Origin: Candidatus Lustribacter sp.
GTDB lineage: Bacteria > Vulcanimicrobiota > Vulcanimicrobiia > Vulcanimicrobiales > Vulcanimicrobiaceae
Assembly (NCBI GenBank): GCA_965277805.1
Contig: OZ255842.1
Span: 672,001-736,000, forward strand
Length of the DNA stretch: 64,000 nucleotides
Direction: 5' to 3'
Shown: piece after piece, positions 1-9,379 of the stretch
Layout of the letters: every line of letters starts with the position of its first letter
How positions within the stretch are numbered: position 1 is the first letter of the stretch
The notes under the pieces: model-generated
Database searches by the model: none
Seen by the model: only the letters and a program-made list of their open reading frames with translations
What the model was told of the DNA's origin: nothing
Position numbers and translations under genes: made by a program

Positions 1-758
1 AGAATCTCGAGAACGCACTCGACATGAGTCACGTTGCGTTCGTTCACGCCGACAACCGTGCGTCGTTCACGAACATCGGCGAGGGCTTGCGGCTCGATGC
101 AACCGAATCGACGTGGGGTGTCGCCTACACCTACGAGCGGCCCGACGGCGCGAAGCGCGTGCAGCAGTTCGGCATGCCGAACATCTTTTACATGACGGCG
201 TTGCCGACGGACCCGGAGATCGGCTGGCAAGAATCGGTGTTCTGGTGGGTGCCGATCGACGACGAACGCCACATGCAGTTCAGTCTGCACCGCGTTCCCG
301 CGACCGGCGAGGCCTCCGAGCGCATTCACGCGCGCCGGCAAGAACGGCGCCGTACGATCGACCAGCGCCACCAAGACGTGAGCGCGGCGATTCTCGACGG
401 CAAACTTTCGCTTAACGACGTCGACGTCGAGCGCGTCGACCTCGTGCGCCTGCAGGACGACTTGGCGCAAATCGGGCAGGGCGACATTGTCGACCGCCGC
501 GCCGAGCGCCTGGGACGCGGCGACGCGGGTGTGGTGGCGATTCGCAAGGCGTGGCATCGCGAACTGATCGCGCTGCATCGCAACCAGCCCTTGAAGCATT
601 GGACGCGCGATGCCGAACTGATCCCGCGCGCCTGGAGCTTGAAAGAAGGCGAACTCGACCGCAATGTCGTTGCCGATGCAACCGAGGCGCCGATCGTCGA
701 CGTGCGGCCGTTCGTCGAGATCGAAGAGCAGTTGAGCGAACTGCACCGGCGTCTGTGA
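1..758 (+). CDS. Rieske oxygenase alpha subunit, C-terminal catalytic part (phthalate 4,5-dioxygenase/LigX-like); 5' end outside window
   Basis: Frame is open from base 3 and reads NLENALDMSHVAFVH (mononuclear Fe motif), WWVPIDDE, and QDDLAQIGQG...ERLGRGDAGV. Confidence 0.85.
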   Translation, partial: NLENALDMSHVAFVHADNRASFTNIGEGLRLDATESTWGVAYTYERPDGAKRVQQFGMPNIFYMTALPTDPEIGWQESVFWWVPIDDERHMQFSLHRVPATGEASERIHARRQERRRTIDQRHQDVSAAILDGKLSLNDVDVERVDLVRLQDDLAQIGQGDIVDRRAERLGRGDAGVVAIRKAWHRELIALHRNQPLKHWTRDAELIPRAWSLKEGELDRNVVADATEAPIVDVRPFVEIEEQLSELHRRL

Positions 759-2032
759 CACCACGAATGCTGCAGCCGGAGCCCGGCCCGGTGCTCAGCC
801 TCGCCGAGCGCGACCGGCGCTGGAACGGTCTGCGCGCGATCATGCGCGAGCAAGGCATCGATGCGATCGTCGCCGGCAGTTTCAACGGCCGCGAACGGCT
901 CGAGTGTTACTTGATCGACGACTTCCTCGATTCGATCGTCGTGCTTCCGCGCGAACGCGATGCGATCGTGCTGACGTTCTCGGCGTCGCGGCTCTCGCGT
1001 GCATACGAGAGCGAACGGCGCGGCATCCAGCTGTGGGCGCGAGATTATCGCCTCGCCGCCGGCGGAACATCGACCGCCGAGGTCGTGGCGGAGGTCGTGC
1101 CGTCCGGCGGACGCGTCGGCATCGTCGGCTTCGGCCCCACTGCGCCGGGCGAGATGGAAGGGCTCTTGCCCTACGGTTTTCACCGCAAGCTGACCGATGC
1201 GCTGACCGGGATCGAGATCGTCGATTTCACGCAGCAGTTCACCGACTTCATGCTGGTCAAAAGCGAAGAAGAACTCGCGCTGCTGCGTTTCGCGGCCAAG
1301 GTCAGCGAACAGGCGTCGCTCGCGATGCTCGATGCGTGCCGGCCCGGCGTCAACGAAGCAGCAGTGTACGCCGCGATCATGAGCGAGATCTACCGTTGGG
1401 GCTGCGAGACGCGCTATCCAAACATGAGCTTGCAGTCCGGTTCCGACAACATCGGCTGGGGCGCGCCGCGCTGGGCGTTGCGGGCCGAACCCCCGCGCAT
1501 TTTGGAGGCAGGCGACGTCGTGCAAGCCGAGATCCACACGATGTACGGCGGTCAGGAATCGCAGGTGCAGATGTCGGTTGCGCTCGACCCGATCGACGAA
1601 GTGCTGGCAGCGTGCGCCGACATCGCGCGGGCCGCTTACGAGGCCGGCGTTGCCGCCGTCGCTCCGGGTATGACGTTCGCATCGGTCGTGCATGCGATGG
1701 AGGCGCCGCTGCGCGCCGCCGGCGCTTGGAGCAAGACGCCGCTCGTCCACACGCTCACGTTCGGCGCGACCGGCTTTACGCCGGTCAACCGCGAGCAGAT
1801 CGCCGGCACCCGCGAGGAGCAGACCGAAGGACGGATCACGGCCGGTATCCGGCGCGGCGATCTCGTGCTGCGGCCGGGCATGACGCTCGAGCTCGAGCCG
1901 AACGCCTGCATCGGGATGAAGCGCGTGAACATCGGCGGCGTCGTGCTGGTCACGGCAGGCGGTGTCGAGGAACTCAACGACGTCCCCACCCGCATGCGCC
2001 ACGTCGGTCAAATCGGAATGGTCGCGTCATGA
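755..2032 (+). CDS. M24 (aminopeptidase P/creatinase fold) hydrolase with degenerate metal ligands
   Basis: GTG overlaps the upstream TGA (alternative ATG 767). Contains LSLAERDRRW, VKSEEEL, RPGVNE and LRPGMTLELEPN. Confidence 0.8.
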   Translation: MTPRMLQPEPGPVLSLAERDRRWNGLRAIMREQGIDAIVAGSFNGRERLECYLIDDFLDSIVVLPRERDAIVLTFSASRLSRAYESERRGIQLWARDYRLAAGGTSTAEVVAEVVPSGGRVGIVGFGPTAPGEMEGLLPYGFHRKLTDALTGIEIVDFTQQFTDFMLVKSEEELALLRFAAKVSEQASLAMLDACRPGVNEAAVYAAIMSEIYRWGCETRYPNMSLQSGSDNIGWGAPRWALRAEPPRILEAGDVVQAEIHTMYGGQESQVQMSVALDPIDEVLAACADIARAAYEAGVAAVAPGMTFASVVHAMEAPLRAAGAWSKTPLVHTLTFGATGFTPVNREQIAGTREEQTEGRITAGIRRGDLVLRPGMTLELEPNACIGMKRVNIGGVVLVTAGGVEELNDVPTRMRHVGQIGMVAS

Positions 2033-2766
2033 ATTCGGATCTTCGCGAACGCTACGAAGAGCTCGCAATCGCCAACCGCATTCTCTTCGATCAGGAGATC
2101 CTCGACGGACTCGGACACGTCAGCTTTCGCGATCCCGAGAACCCGAACGTCTTCCACATGTCGCGTGCGCTGGCACCGGGGCGGGTGACGCCCGACGACA
2201 TCCTCGCCTTCGACATCAGCGGCGAGCCGCACGACGCCAAGGGCGCTTCCGTCTACCAAGAACGCTTCATCCACTCCGAATTGTACAAGGCGCGACCCGA
2301 CGTTGCGGCGGTCGTGCACAGCCAATCACCGACCGTGATTCCGTTCAGCGTCACGACGAAGCCGATGCGCCCGATTCGCGCGGCGTTCTTCTATCCTGAG
2401 GTGCCGAACTTCGAGATCCGCGAGGCGGCCGGCGGCTGGACGAACCTGCTCGTGAAGTCGCCCGAACTCGGCGCGGCGCTCGCGCGCACGCTCGGCGACA
2501 ACTCGGTCGCGCTGCTGCGCGGTCACGGCAACGTCGTTTCGGCGCGCGACGTCATCACGGTTGTTTCGCGCGCGATCAAGATGGAGCAGGACGCGCGGCT
2601 GCTGCTGCAAGCGACGATGCTCGGCGGACCGATTACCTATCTCGCGCCCGAGGAAGCAGCGCTGATCGAAGAAATGGCCGCACACGTGGTGCGCGGCTCG
2701 GAACAAGCGCACGACCGCACCTGGGGCATGTGGAAGGATCAGGCGTTACGCAACAACCCGTTCTAG
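2029..2766 (+). CDS. Class II aldolase/adducin-fold protein, resembling 3-hydroxy-2-methylpyridine-4,5-dicarboxylate decarboxylase
   Basis: ATGA overlap with the previous gene. Contains GHVSFRDP, ERFIHSELYKARPDV, VVHSQSP and LLRGHG. Confidence 0.85.
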   Translation: MNSDLRERYEELAIANRILFDQEILDGLGHVSFRDPENPNVFHMSRALAPGRVTPDDILAFDISGEPHDAKGASVYQERFIHSELYKARPDVAAVVHSQSPTVIPFSVTTKPMRPIRAAFFYPEVPNFEIREAAGGWTNLLVKSPELGAALARTLGDNSVALLRGHGNVVSARDVITVVSRAIKMEQDARLLLQATMLGGPITYLAPEEAALIEEMAAHVVRGSEQAHDRTWGMWKDQALRNNPF

Positions 2767-2767
2767 G

Positions 2768-3094
2768 CTACACGCTAACGTAGATCATCCCGTCTTCGAT
2801 CATCACCGGAAACGTGACGGCCGCCAGGTCGGGGTTGGTGACGCTCTTGCCGGTGGCGAGGTCGAAGCGAAAGCGGTGCCACGGGCAGATGATCTCGCGG
2901 CGACCTTCGTGCAGGCAGCCCTCGTCGAGCGGCGCGCCTTTGTGCGGGCACGCATTGGAGAACGCATACACGTCGTCGTCGACGCGCATCAGCGCGATCT
3001 TGCGCCGGCGTACGGTTTCCAAACGCAGGGCGCCTTTCGGCAATTCGTCCAGCCGGCAAACGGCTTCGCGGGTGGTGTCGGTCGTGCTCATCAT
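2768..3094 (-). CDS. Rieske [2Fe-2S] ferredoxin
   Basis: 108 aa with CPHKG...CPWH and FDLATG. Confidence 0.9.
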   Translation of the reverse strand: MMSTTDTTREAVCRLDELPKGALRLETVRRRKIALMRVDDDVYAFSNACPHKGAPLDEGCLHEGRREIICPWHRFRFDLATGKSVTNPDLAAVTFPVMIEDGMIYVSV

Positions 3095-3114
3095 GTATCC
3101 TATCGGCAGCGGCG

Positions 3115-4115
3115 CTACGTTTTGAGTAGTGCCTCAGCATTGCTATGGAAGACTGCGCGTAGCTGGTTTTCGGTGAAGCCGCTCGAGCTTAACCCCGCGA
3201 CGTCCCTGGCCGCGACGCTGTACGGGAAGTCGGTACCGAACAGGATGTGCGAGGCGGGCACCAGCTTGGAGAGGGCGGTCATGGCCTCGATGTTCGCCGA
3301 TTGGGCGGTGTCGTAATAATACCGCGCGACGGTGTCCGCGACCGTGCCGGGCAGCATGGCAGCCCACTCGGGTGAACTCGCCTTGCGTAAAAAGCGGCCG
3401 ATCAGATACGGCATGCTGCCGCCGGCGTGCGACCAGATGATGCGTACGTTCGGAAAGCGCTTAGCGGCACCGTTGAAGAGATAATTGGCGATGGCGCGGG
3501 TCGTATCGGTCTGATATTCGATCATCGAGTCTTCGATCGAAGCGCCGAGGAGATTCGTGCAGCACGCGTTTGACGTCGGTGAACGAACACGAGCGCGCGG
3601 CGCCGATCGAGTTCGGCGAAGAGCGGGTCTAGCCGCGCGTCGCCGAGCCAGAGGCGGCCGCCATAGCTCGAGAACAGGCCAACACCGTCAGCCTTTAGCG
3701 TGTCGAGGGCGTACGCAACCTCATCGAGACTCGCCTTAACATCGGGAAGCGGCAATGCCGCGAACATGCCGTACCGTGCGGGATAGCGCCGTACGACATC
3801 GGCGGCGTAGGTATTGCATTCGCGCGCCAGACGCTTCGTGCTATCCGGGAAGCCGAAATCGAGCCCGGGGGTCGTTATCGAGAGGTAGGCGCGCCGTACG
3901 CCGGCGCGATCCATATCGTCCATCGACTTCTCGAGGGTCCACCCGAGGATCGGCGGAGCCAACTCGGCGCTCCCGACCTCGCGCACGTAGGCCGGCGGGA
4001 CGTAATGATGATGAACGTCGATTTTATCGGCGGTTTGTGCCTTGGCCAAAGCGGGGATTCCGGCCGCTAGGGCGGCCGTCGCGGCGATGAAGTTCGTTCG
4101 CGTGAACTGCGGCAC
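3115..4115 (-). pseudogene. Amidohydrolase_2-family (decarboxylase/hydratase-like) protein with a signal peptide, split by a 1-nt deletion (real or sequencing error)
   Basis: IDVHHH in ORF 3522-4115 and WSHAGG, YYDTA, LFGTDFP in ORF 3115-3525. One extra base at 3578-3579 restores [14 protein letters not shown]...[11 protein letters not shown]. Confidence 0.8.
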
Positions 4116-4246
4116 CGCAATCGAATGTTGTGGCGCGGACGAAAGGTCCTTCGTGCGTATACTCGGCCGTAGCTACCGGCAGGCGCGCTGCCCGGATTTG
4201 AGAAAGTCTCCGTTCGTTACCGTCTGACCGGGGAGAATATTCTGCC

Positions 4247-5448
4247 GTGGAGCTCGACGAACGACCCGACACCAGCGACACCATTGCGACCGGCACTCAC
4301 TTTTACGATAAGTTGGTCCGGGAACGCCGGCCGGGGAGTACCTGCGCCGGTTCTGGATGCCGGTGGCGCTGCTCGATGACGTGAAAGCCGGTCGCGCCAA
4401 GACGATCAAAATTCTGAGCGAACTCTTCACCTACTATCGCGGTGAGAGCGGCGCCCCCCACTTAGTCGCGAACGAATGCGCGCATCGGCACACGCGGCTG
4501 GCGCCGCACGGTCGGGTTGAGGAAGACTGCATCCGCTGTTTCTATCACGGCTGGATGTACGACGCGACTGGTCAGTGCCTCGAGCAACCGGCCGAGGGGC
4601 GCGAGAGCTTCGCCCACAAAGTCCAGATCAAGGCTTATCCGGTCCGCGAATACCACGGAATCGTGTTTGCGTACTTCGGCGCCGGCGAGCCGCCCGAATT
4701 CCAGCATCTCGATCTGTTCGACGGTCCCGGCGTTCGTGAAGTTGGATCGTACGTCCGCCAGACGAACTTCTTCAACTCGCTCGACAACCAGGCCGACTGG
4801 GTGCACGCGAACTTCGTGCACTACCGCTCGGAGTTCACCAAGATCGGCATTAACCGCGCGATTCCGGTGGTCAGCGCCGAGGAAACCGAGTACGGTCTCA
4901 AGGGCTACCTCACGTACGACGACGGCGTCGTTGGGGTGAATTTCGTGCTAATGCCGATCGGCATGTACATCATCGGGTCTGGCTCGCGCATCAACGACGT
5001 GGATGGCCTGGTGTACATTCACCAGATGGCCTGGCGGACGCCGATCGACGACCACAGCCACCGCTCGTTTAACATTTACTACGCCGACGTCACCGGTGAG
5101 GCGGCCGAGCGGTTCTCCGCGGCGCGGGCTCACGCGCGTCAAGCCTCGACCGACATGCCCGGTCGCGCCGAGATCATGAACAAGATCTACAGCGGCGAGC
5201 TGCACGTCGACGAGGTTGACGAGTCGCGCCCCGACATCGTCGGCATCCAGGACACGGTCACGATGGAGATGCAACGGCCGATCAGCGAACGCGAACCCGA
5301 TCGGCTGGGCCGTTCCGATGCGGCCGTGATCGTGCTGCGCAAGATGTACATGCGTGAAATTCGCAAGATGCTCAACGGCGAGCCGATCAAGCCGTGGAAG
5401 TGGCCGCGCGAGCTGAAGGCCGAGCCGCAGTTTGTCGAGGTTCCATGA
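4247..5448 (+). pseudogene. Rieske oxygenase alpha subunit (phthalate 4,5-dioxygenase-like) with a 1-nt frameshift near the 5' end (real or sequencing error)
   Basis: GGGAG then GTG at 4247. The conserved VGPGTPAGEYLRRFWMPV lies right after an in-frame TAA at 4309. Contains CAH...CFYH and DNQADWVHANFVH. Confidence 0.75.
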
Positions 5449-6527
5449 CGCGGCTTTCACGCGGCCAGGTGCTGAGCGGGCTCGCCGCCGTCGCCGCCGT
5501 CGCGGCGACCCCGCGTCCGGCGCGAGCGGCCGCGCTGAACGATCTCGTTGCGGCTGCCAAGAGCGAAAAGGAACTCAGCTTCATCGCCGGCAGCGACACG
5601 TTTGGTGGCGCACCGGGCATGAGTGCGCTCAACGATGCCTTCAACCGCAAATTCGGGCTCAACGCGACGCTCACGCTAACGCCGGGGCCGGCGATGACCG
5701 TGATGGGCTCGCGTCTGTTGACCGAGTATCAGGGTAATCACACCGCCTCAACTGCGGCCTATATCGGGCCCTTCTCGCAGTTCGTTGCGCTCAGTCGCGC
5801 AGGCGCATTACAAAAGGTCGATTGGGTCGGAACCTTTCCTTGGGTCACCCGCGCGATGGTCGTCGACCCCGACAGCGTCGGGATCCTGATGCGTACGGGT
5901 CCCAACGGCATGCTCTACAATCCGAACGTGCTGCCGCCGAATCAGGCGCCGAAGAGTTACGAGGATCTCGTAAACCCCAAAGTCAACGGGCCGTGGAATA
6001 AGAAGCTCGCGCTGGCGCCGTATCCGGACTGGCTTGCGATGCTCTCGATCAGCTGGGGCCCCGAGCGCGCGAAGGCGCTCGCCACTAAAGTCGCCGCCGT
6101 GGCGGGCGGGGCGCTCCGGTACGGTGACGCGCAGCCGCTGATCGACGGGCAATTCGCGCTCATGGCAAACGAGGGTTCGTGCCTCGAGCTCAAGTGGGCG
6201 TGGGAGTCGAAAAACGTTCCTTTCAACGTCGTCTTCGGATCGAACCCGGTGGTGTGCGATTACTTCCAAATGGGCGTGCCGAAGAACTCGCCGGCGCCGC
6301 ACTTGGCGCAGTTGTTCGTCGGGTTCGGGACGACGCCCGAGGCCCAGGCGATCACCGATAAGTTCGGCGGCCAGGGTTCGCATCTCGTGCCCGGCACGCG
6401 CATCTACGCATTCATTCGCTCGCAGCGAATTACGTTGCAGGATCCGCGGCGCGTCTACGCTTTCTTTTCCGATCCGTCGACATCGGCGCTCTACGACGAG
6501 CTTGGCAAAATCATCCGGCTCTCATAG
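5445..6527 (+). CDS. ABC substrate-binding protein, Fe3+/thiamine/polyamine class
   Basis: ATGA overlap, signal peptide, AAKSEKEL, YNPN...PKSYEDL and PKNSPAPHLAQLF. Precedes a permease and an ATPase. Confidence 0.85.
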   Translation: MTRLSRGQVLSGLAAVAAVAATPRPARAAALNDLVAAAKSEKELSFIAGSDTFGGAPGMSALNDAFNRKFGLNATLTLTPGPAMTVMGSRLLTEYQGNHTASTAAYIGPFSQFVALSRAGALQKVDWVGTFPWVTRAMVVDPDSVGILMRTGPNGMLYNPNVLPPNQAPKSYEDLVNPKVNGPWNKKLALAPYPDWLAMLSISWGPERAKALATKVAAVAGGALRYGDAQPLIDGQFALMANEGSCLELKWAWESKNVPFNVVFGSNPVVCDYFQMGVPKNSPAPHLAQLFVGFGTTPEAQAITDKFGGQGSHLVPGTRIYAFIRSQRITLQDPRRVYAFFSDPSTSALYDELGKIIRLS

Positions 6528-6531
6528 CCGG

Positions 6532-8232
6532 ATGACGTTTGGAGAGGCTTTGCGCGGCCGCGGCACCATCATCGCGATCGCGGTAGTCGGCGTTGCTGCG
6601 ACCGCGCTCGCGCTCTTGATGACGATCCGCCTAGCCTTTCAGGGCGCTACCCCGGATTCGTTCACGTTGGCCAACCTCGGAACGGTGTTTGCGGATCCGT
6701 TCGTGGCGCATGCGTTGCTCAACACGCTCGGATTCGCAACGGTCACGGGTCTGACGGCGTTCGCGTTTGGCGTGCCGATCGCGTGGCTCGCCGAACGCAC
6801 CGATCTTCCCGGGCGCGCCATCGTCATGCCGCTAATGACGATCGGACTGCTCGTGCCGGGTTTTTTCAATGCGATTGGCTGGCTCTTGCTCTTGCACCCC
6901 CGGATGGGCATGATCAACGTTTGGCTGATGCAAGGCTTACATCTCGCGAGCGCACCGCTCAGCGTGGTGTCGGTTGCGGGGATGGGCGTCGTCCAGGGCC
7001 TCGGTCTGGCCGCGCTAATGTTCGTGATGTGTGCGGCGGCGTTTCGCGCCCAAGACGCCACCCTCGAGGAAAGCGCGCAAGTGCACGGCTTGCGTTTCTT
7101 CGACCGGCTCGTTCGCATCACGCTACCGTTGATGTGGCCGAGCCTGCTCGCGGCCGGGATCTACGTGTTCATGGTGGGGCTTGCGGTCTTCGACGTGCCG
7201 GCCGTCATCGGGCTCAGCAACCGCATCTACACGTACAGCACGTTCGTATACGACCTTACCAACCCGAGCGCCGGCGGCCGCCCGAATTACGGCGTTGCGG
7301 GGGCATCGAGCCTCATCGTCATCTTGCTGGCCGGACTGCTCGGAACGTGGTATTTCCGCGTCGTGCGCCGTTCGCGCCGTTACGCCGTGGTGACCGGCAA
7401 AGGCTATCGGCCCGCGCCGTTCAGGCTCGGGCGCCGCGCCGTCGCGGCGTGGGCGTTCATCGCCGCATACCTTACGCTGAGCCTCGGGTTGCCGGGCTGC
7501 GTCCTGCTGTGGGCCTCGTTCTTGCCCTACTTCGCGCCGTTCTCGGCTGATGCGCTGGCGCGCGTCTCGCTTGCGAATTACGCGACGATTCCCTGGGCTG
7601 CGTTCTGGCACGCCGCGCTCAATAGCGCGATCGTCATGATTAGCGTTCCAACGATCACTATAGCGCTCTCGCTGGCGATATCGTGGGTCGTCGTGCGCTC
7701 GGGACTGCGTGTGGCGCGCGTCTTCGACGTCCTGGCGTTTCTGCCGCTCGCGATCCCGAGCGTCGTGTTCGCGGTCGGCGCCGCGGCCATCGCAATTTTT
7801 TGGCTGCCCCCGTGGATCCCGTTCTACGGCACTGTCGGTATTCTCATCGCGGTGCAGGTGATCGTCCAGTTGAGCTTCGGCACGCGGGTGCTCAACAACG
7901 CCCTCTTGCAAATTCATCGCGACCTCGACGACGCCGGTGCCACGTTCGGTCTGCGCGCGGTGGACGTGATCTGGCACGTGCTGCGGCCGCTGGTCGGCCC
8001 GGCGCTGCTGTCCGCGTGGCTTTGGATGGGTCTGCTCGCCTATCGCGAGCTGACCGTCGCGATGATGCTCGTGACCGATAAGAACATCACGCTTCCGGTC
8101 TTCATCTGGGGCGTCTACAGCGAAGGTCAGATCGGGCAGGCTGCGGCGCTGACGATTTTGCTTGGATGCGCGATCGTGCCGCTGATCGTGGCGTATTTCG
8201 CGGTCGCGCGGCGTGGCACGGCACCGGCATGA
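6532..8232 (+). CDS. ABC permease, FbpB/ThiP type (duplicated domain)
   Basis: Many hydrophobic segments and two EAA-like loops (LEESAQVHG, LDDAGATFG). Confidence 0.9.
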   Translation: MTFGEALRGRGTIIAIAVVGVAATALALLMTIRLAFQGATPDSFTLANLGTVFADPFVAHALLNTLGFATVTGLTAFAFGVPIAWLAERTDLPGRAIVMPLMTIGLLVPGFFNAIGWLLLLHPRMGMINVWLMQGLHLASAPLSVVSVAGMGVVQGLGLAALMFVMCAAAFRAQDATLEESAQVHGLRFFDRLVRITLPLMWPSLLAAGIYVFMVGLAVFDVPAVIGLSNRIYTYSTFVYDLTNPSAGGRPNYGVAGASSLIVILLAGLLGTWYFRVVRRSRRYAVVTGKGYRPAPFRLGRRAVAAWAFIAAYLTLSLGLPGCVLLWASFLPYFAPFSADALARVSLANYATIPWAAFWHAALNSAIVMISVPTITIALSLAISWVVVRSGLRVARVFDVLAFLPLAIPSVVFAVGAAAIAIFWLPPWIPFYGTVGILIAVQVIVQLSFGTRVLNNALLQIHRDLDDAGATFGLRAVDVIWHVLRPLVGPALLSAWLWMGLLAYRELTVAMMLVTDKNITLPVFIWGVYSEGQIGQAAALTILLGCAIVPLIVAYFAVARRGTAPA

Positions 8233-9293
8233 TCGCGGCGCGTGGCATCGTCCGCGATTTTCGCACCGGCGACCGCGCCGCGGCAGCGCTGGGCGGCGTT
8301 GATTTGACGATCGCAACCGGCGAATTCCTCGTTCTGCTCGGCCCGAGCGGCTCGGGGAAAACGACGCTCTTGCGCTGTGTGGCCGGACTGGAACGTCCGG
8401 ATGCGGGCGAGATCGAGCTCGCCGGCGTGCCGGTGTTCTCGGCGGCGCGCAAGATCGACGTGCGCCCCGAGGATCGCCGGCTCGGCATGGTGTTCCAATC
8501 CTATGCCGTCTGGCCGCACCTAACGGTGGCGCAAAACGTCGCGCTGCCGCTGACGCGCGGCGTGAACCGGATCGCGCGCGCCGACATGATGGCGCGGGTC
8601 GCGCGCGCGCTCGCTGCCGTGCAACTCGCGGCGCTCGGCGATCGGCCGGCCACGCTGCTCAGCGGCGGTCAGCAGCAGCGCGTAGCGCTCGCGATCGAGC
8701 CGCGTGCGCTGCTGATGGACGAGCCCTTAAGCAATCTCGATGCGCGGCTGCGCGGGGAGATCCGCAGCGAAATCAAAGCGACGGTCGCGCAGATCGGGAT
8801 CACGGTGTTGTACGTCACCCACGATCAGGACGAGGCGATGGCGCTCGCCGATCGCATCGCCGTCATGGACGGCGGACGCATCGTGCAGAGCGGTACGGCC
8901 GAGGATCTCTATCGCCGCCCGCTGACGCCGCGCATCGCCGAGTTCTTCGGGTCGATCAACTGGATCGCGGGCACCGTGCGCGCTCGGGGCATGGTCGAGA
9001 CGGCACTCGGTGCGCTGGCGGTGCGGAGCGACGCCCCGAGCGGGGCCGTGATGGTGGGAATTCGACCCGAGGATGTCCAGATCGCTAAGGTTCGAAATGG
9101 AACGGTCAACATGTTCGAAGCCCAGGTCGTCGACGATCGTTATGTTGGCGACCACCGGATTTGCCGCATTCGCGCGGCCGATTCTGTAATCACTGCAAAG
9201 CTCTCGCCCGATCGCGAGTATTGCGCCGGAAGTTCGGTCTGGGTTGGGCTACCCGCGGACCGGCTCCACGCATTTCCCTCGCAAACCGATTAG
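8229..9293 (+). CDS. ABC ATPase, FbpC/PotA type with C-terminal TOBE-like domain
   Basis: GPSGSGKT, LSGGQQQR, LLMDEP and VTHD motifs. Four residues (ARAL) are missing after the signature motif. Confidence 0.9.
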   Translation: MIAARGIVRDFRTGDRAAAALGGVDLTIATGEFLVLLGPSGSGKTTLLRCVAGLERPDAGEIELAGVPVFSAARKIDVRPEDRRLGMVFQSYAVWPHLTVAQNVALPLTRGVNRIARADMMARVARALAAVQLAALGDRPATLLSGGQQQRVALAIEPRALLMDEPLSNLDARLRGEIRSEIKATVAQIGITVLYVTHDQDEAMALADRIAVMDGGRIVQSGTAEDLYRRPLTPRIAEFFGSINWIAGTVRARGMVETALGALAVRSDAPSGAVMVGIRPEDVQIAKVRNGTVNMFEAQVVDDRYVGDHRICRIRAADSVITAKLSPDREYCAGSSVWVGLPADRLHAFPSQTD

Positions 9294-9379
9294 TTGCGAA
9301 GCTGCGTGCCGCTCGGTGGCCGCGCGAACATGAGCAATTACAGGAGAAGGGCCGGCAGCCCTAGGATTTTTCCACGGTT

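Noticed and set aside
3570-4320. Programmed ribosomal frameshifting at the two 1-nt shifts
   Set aside because: No slippery heptamer or evident stimulatory structure. Simple base loss explains both.
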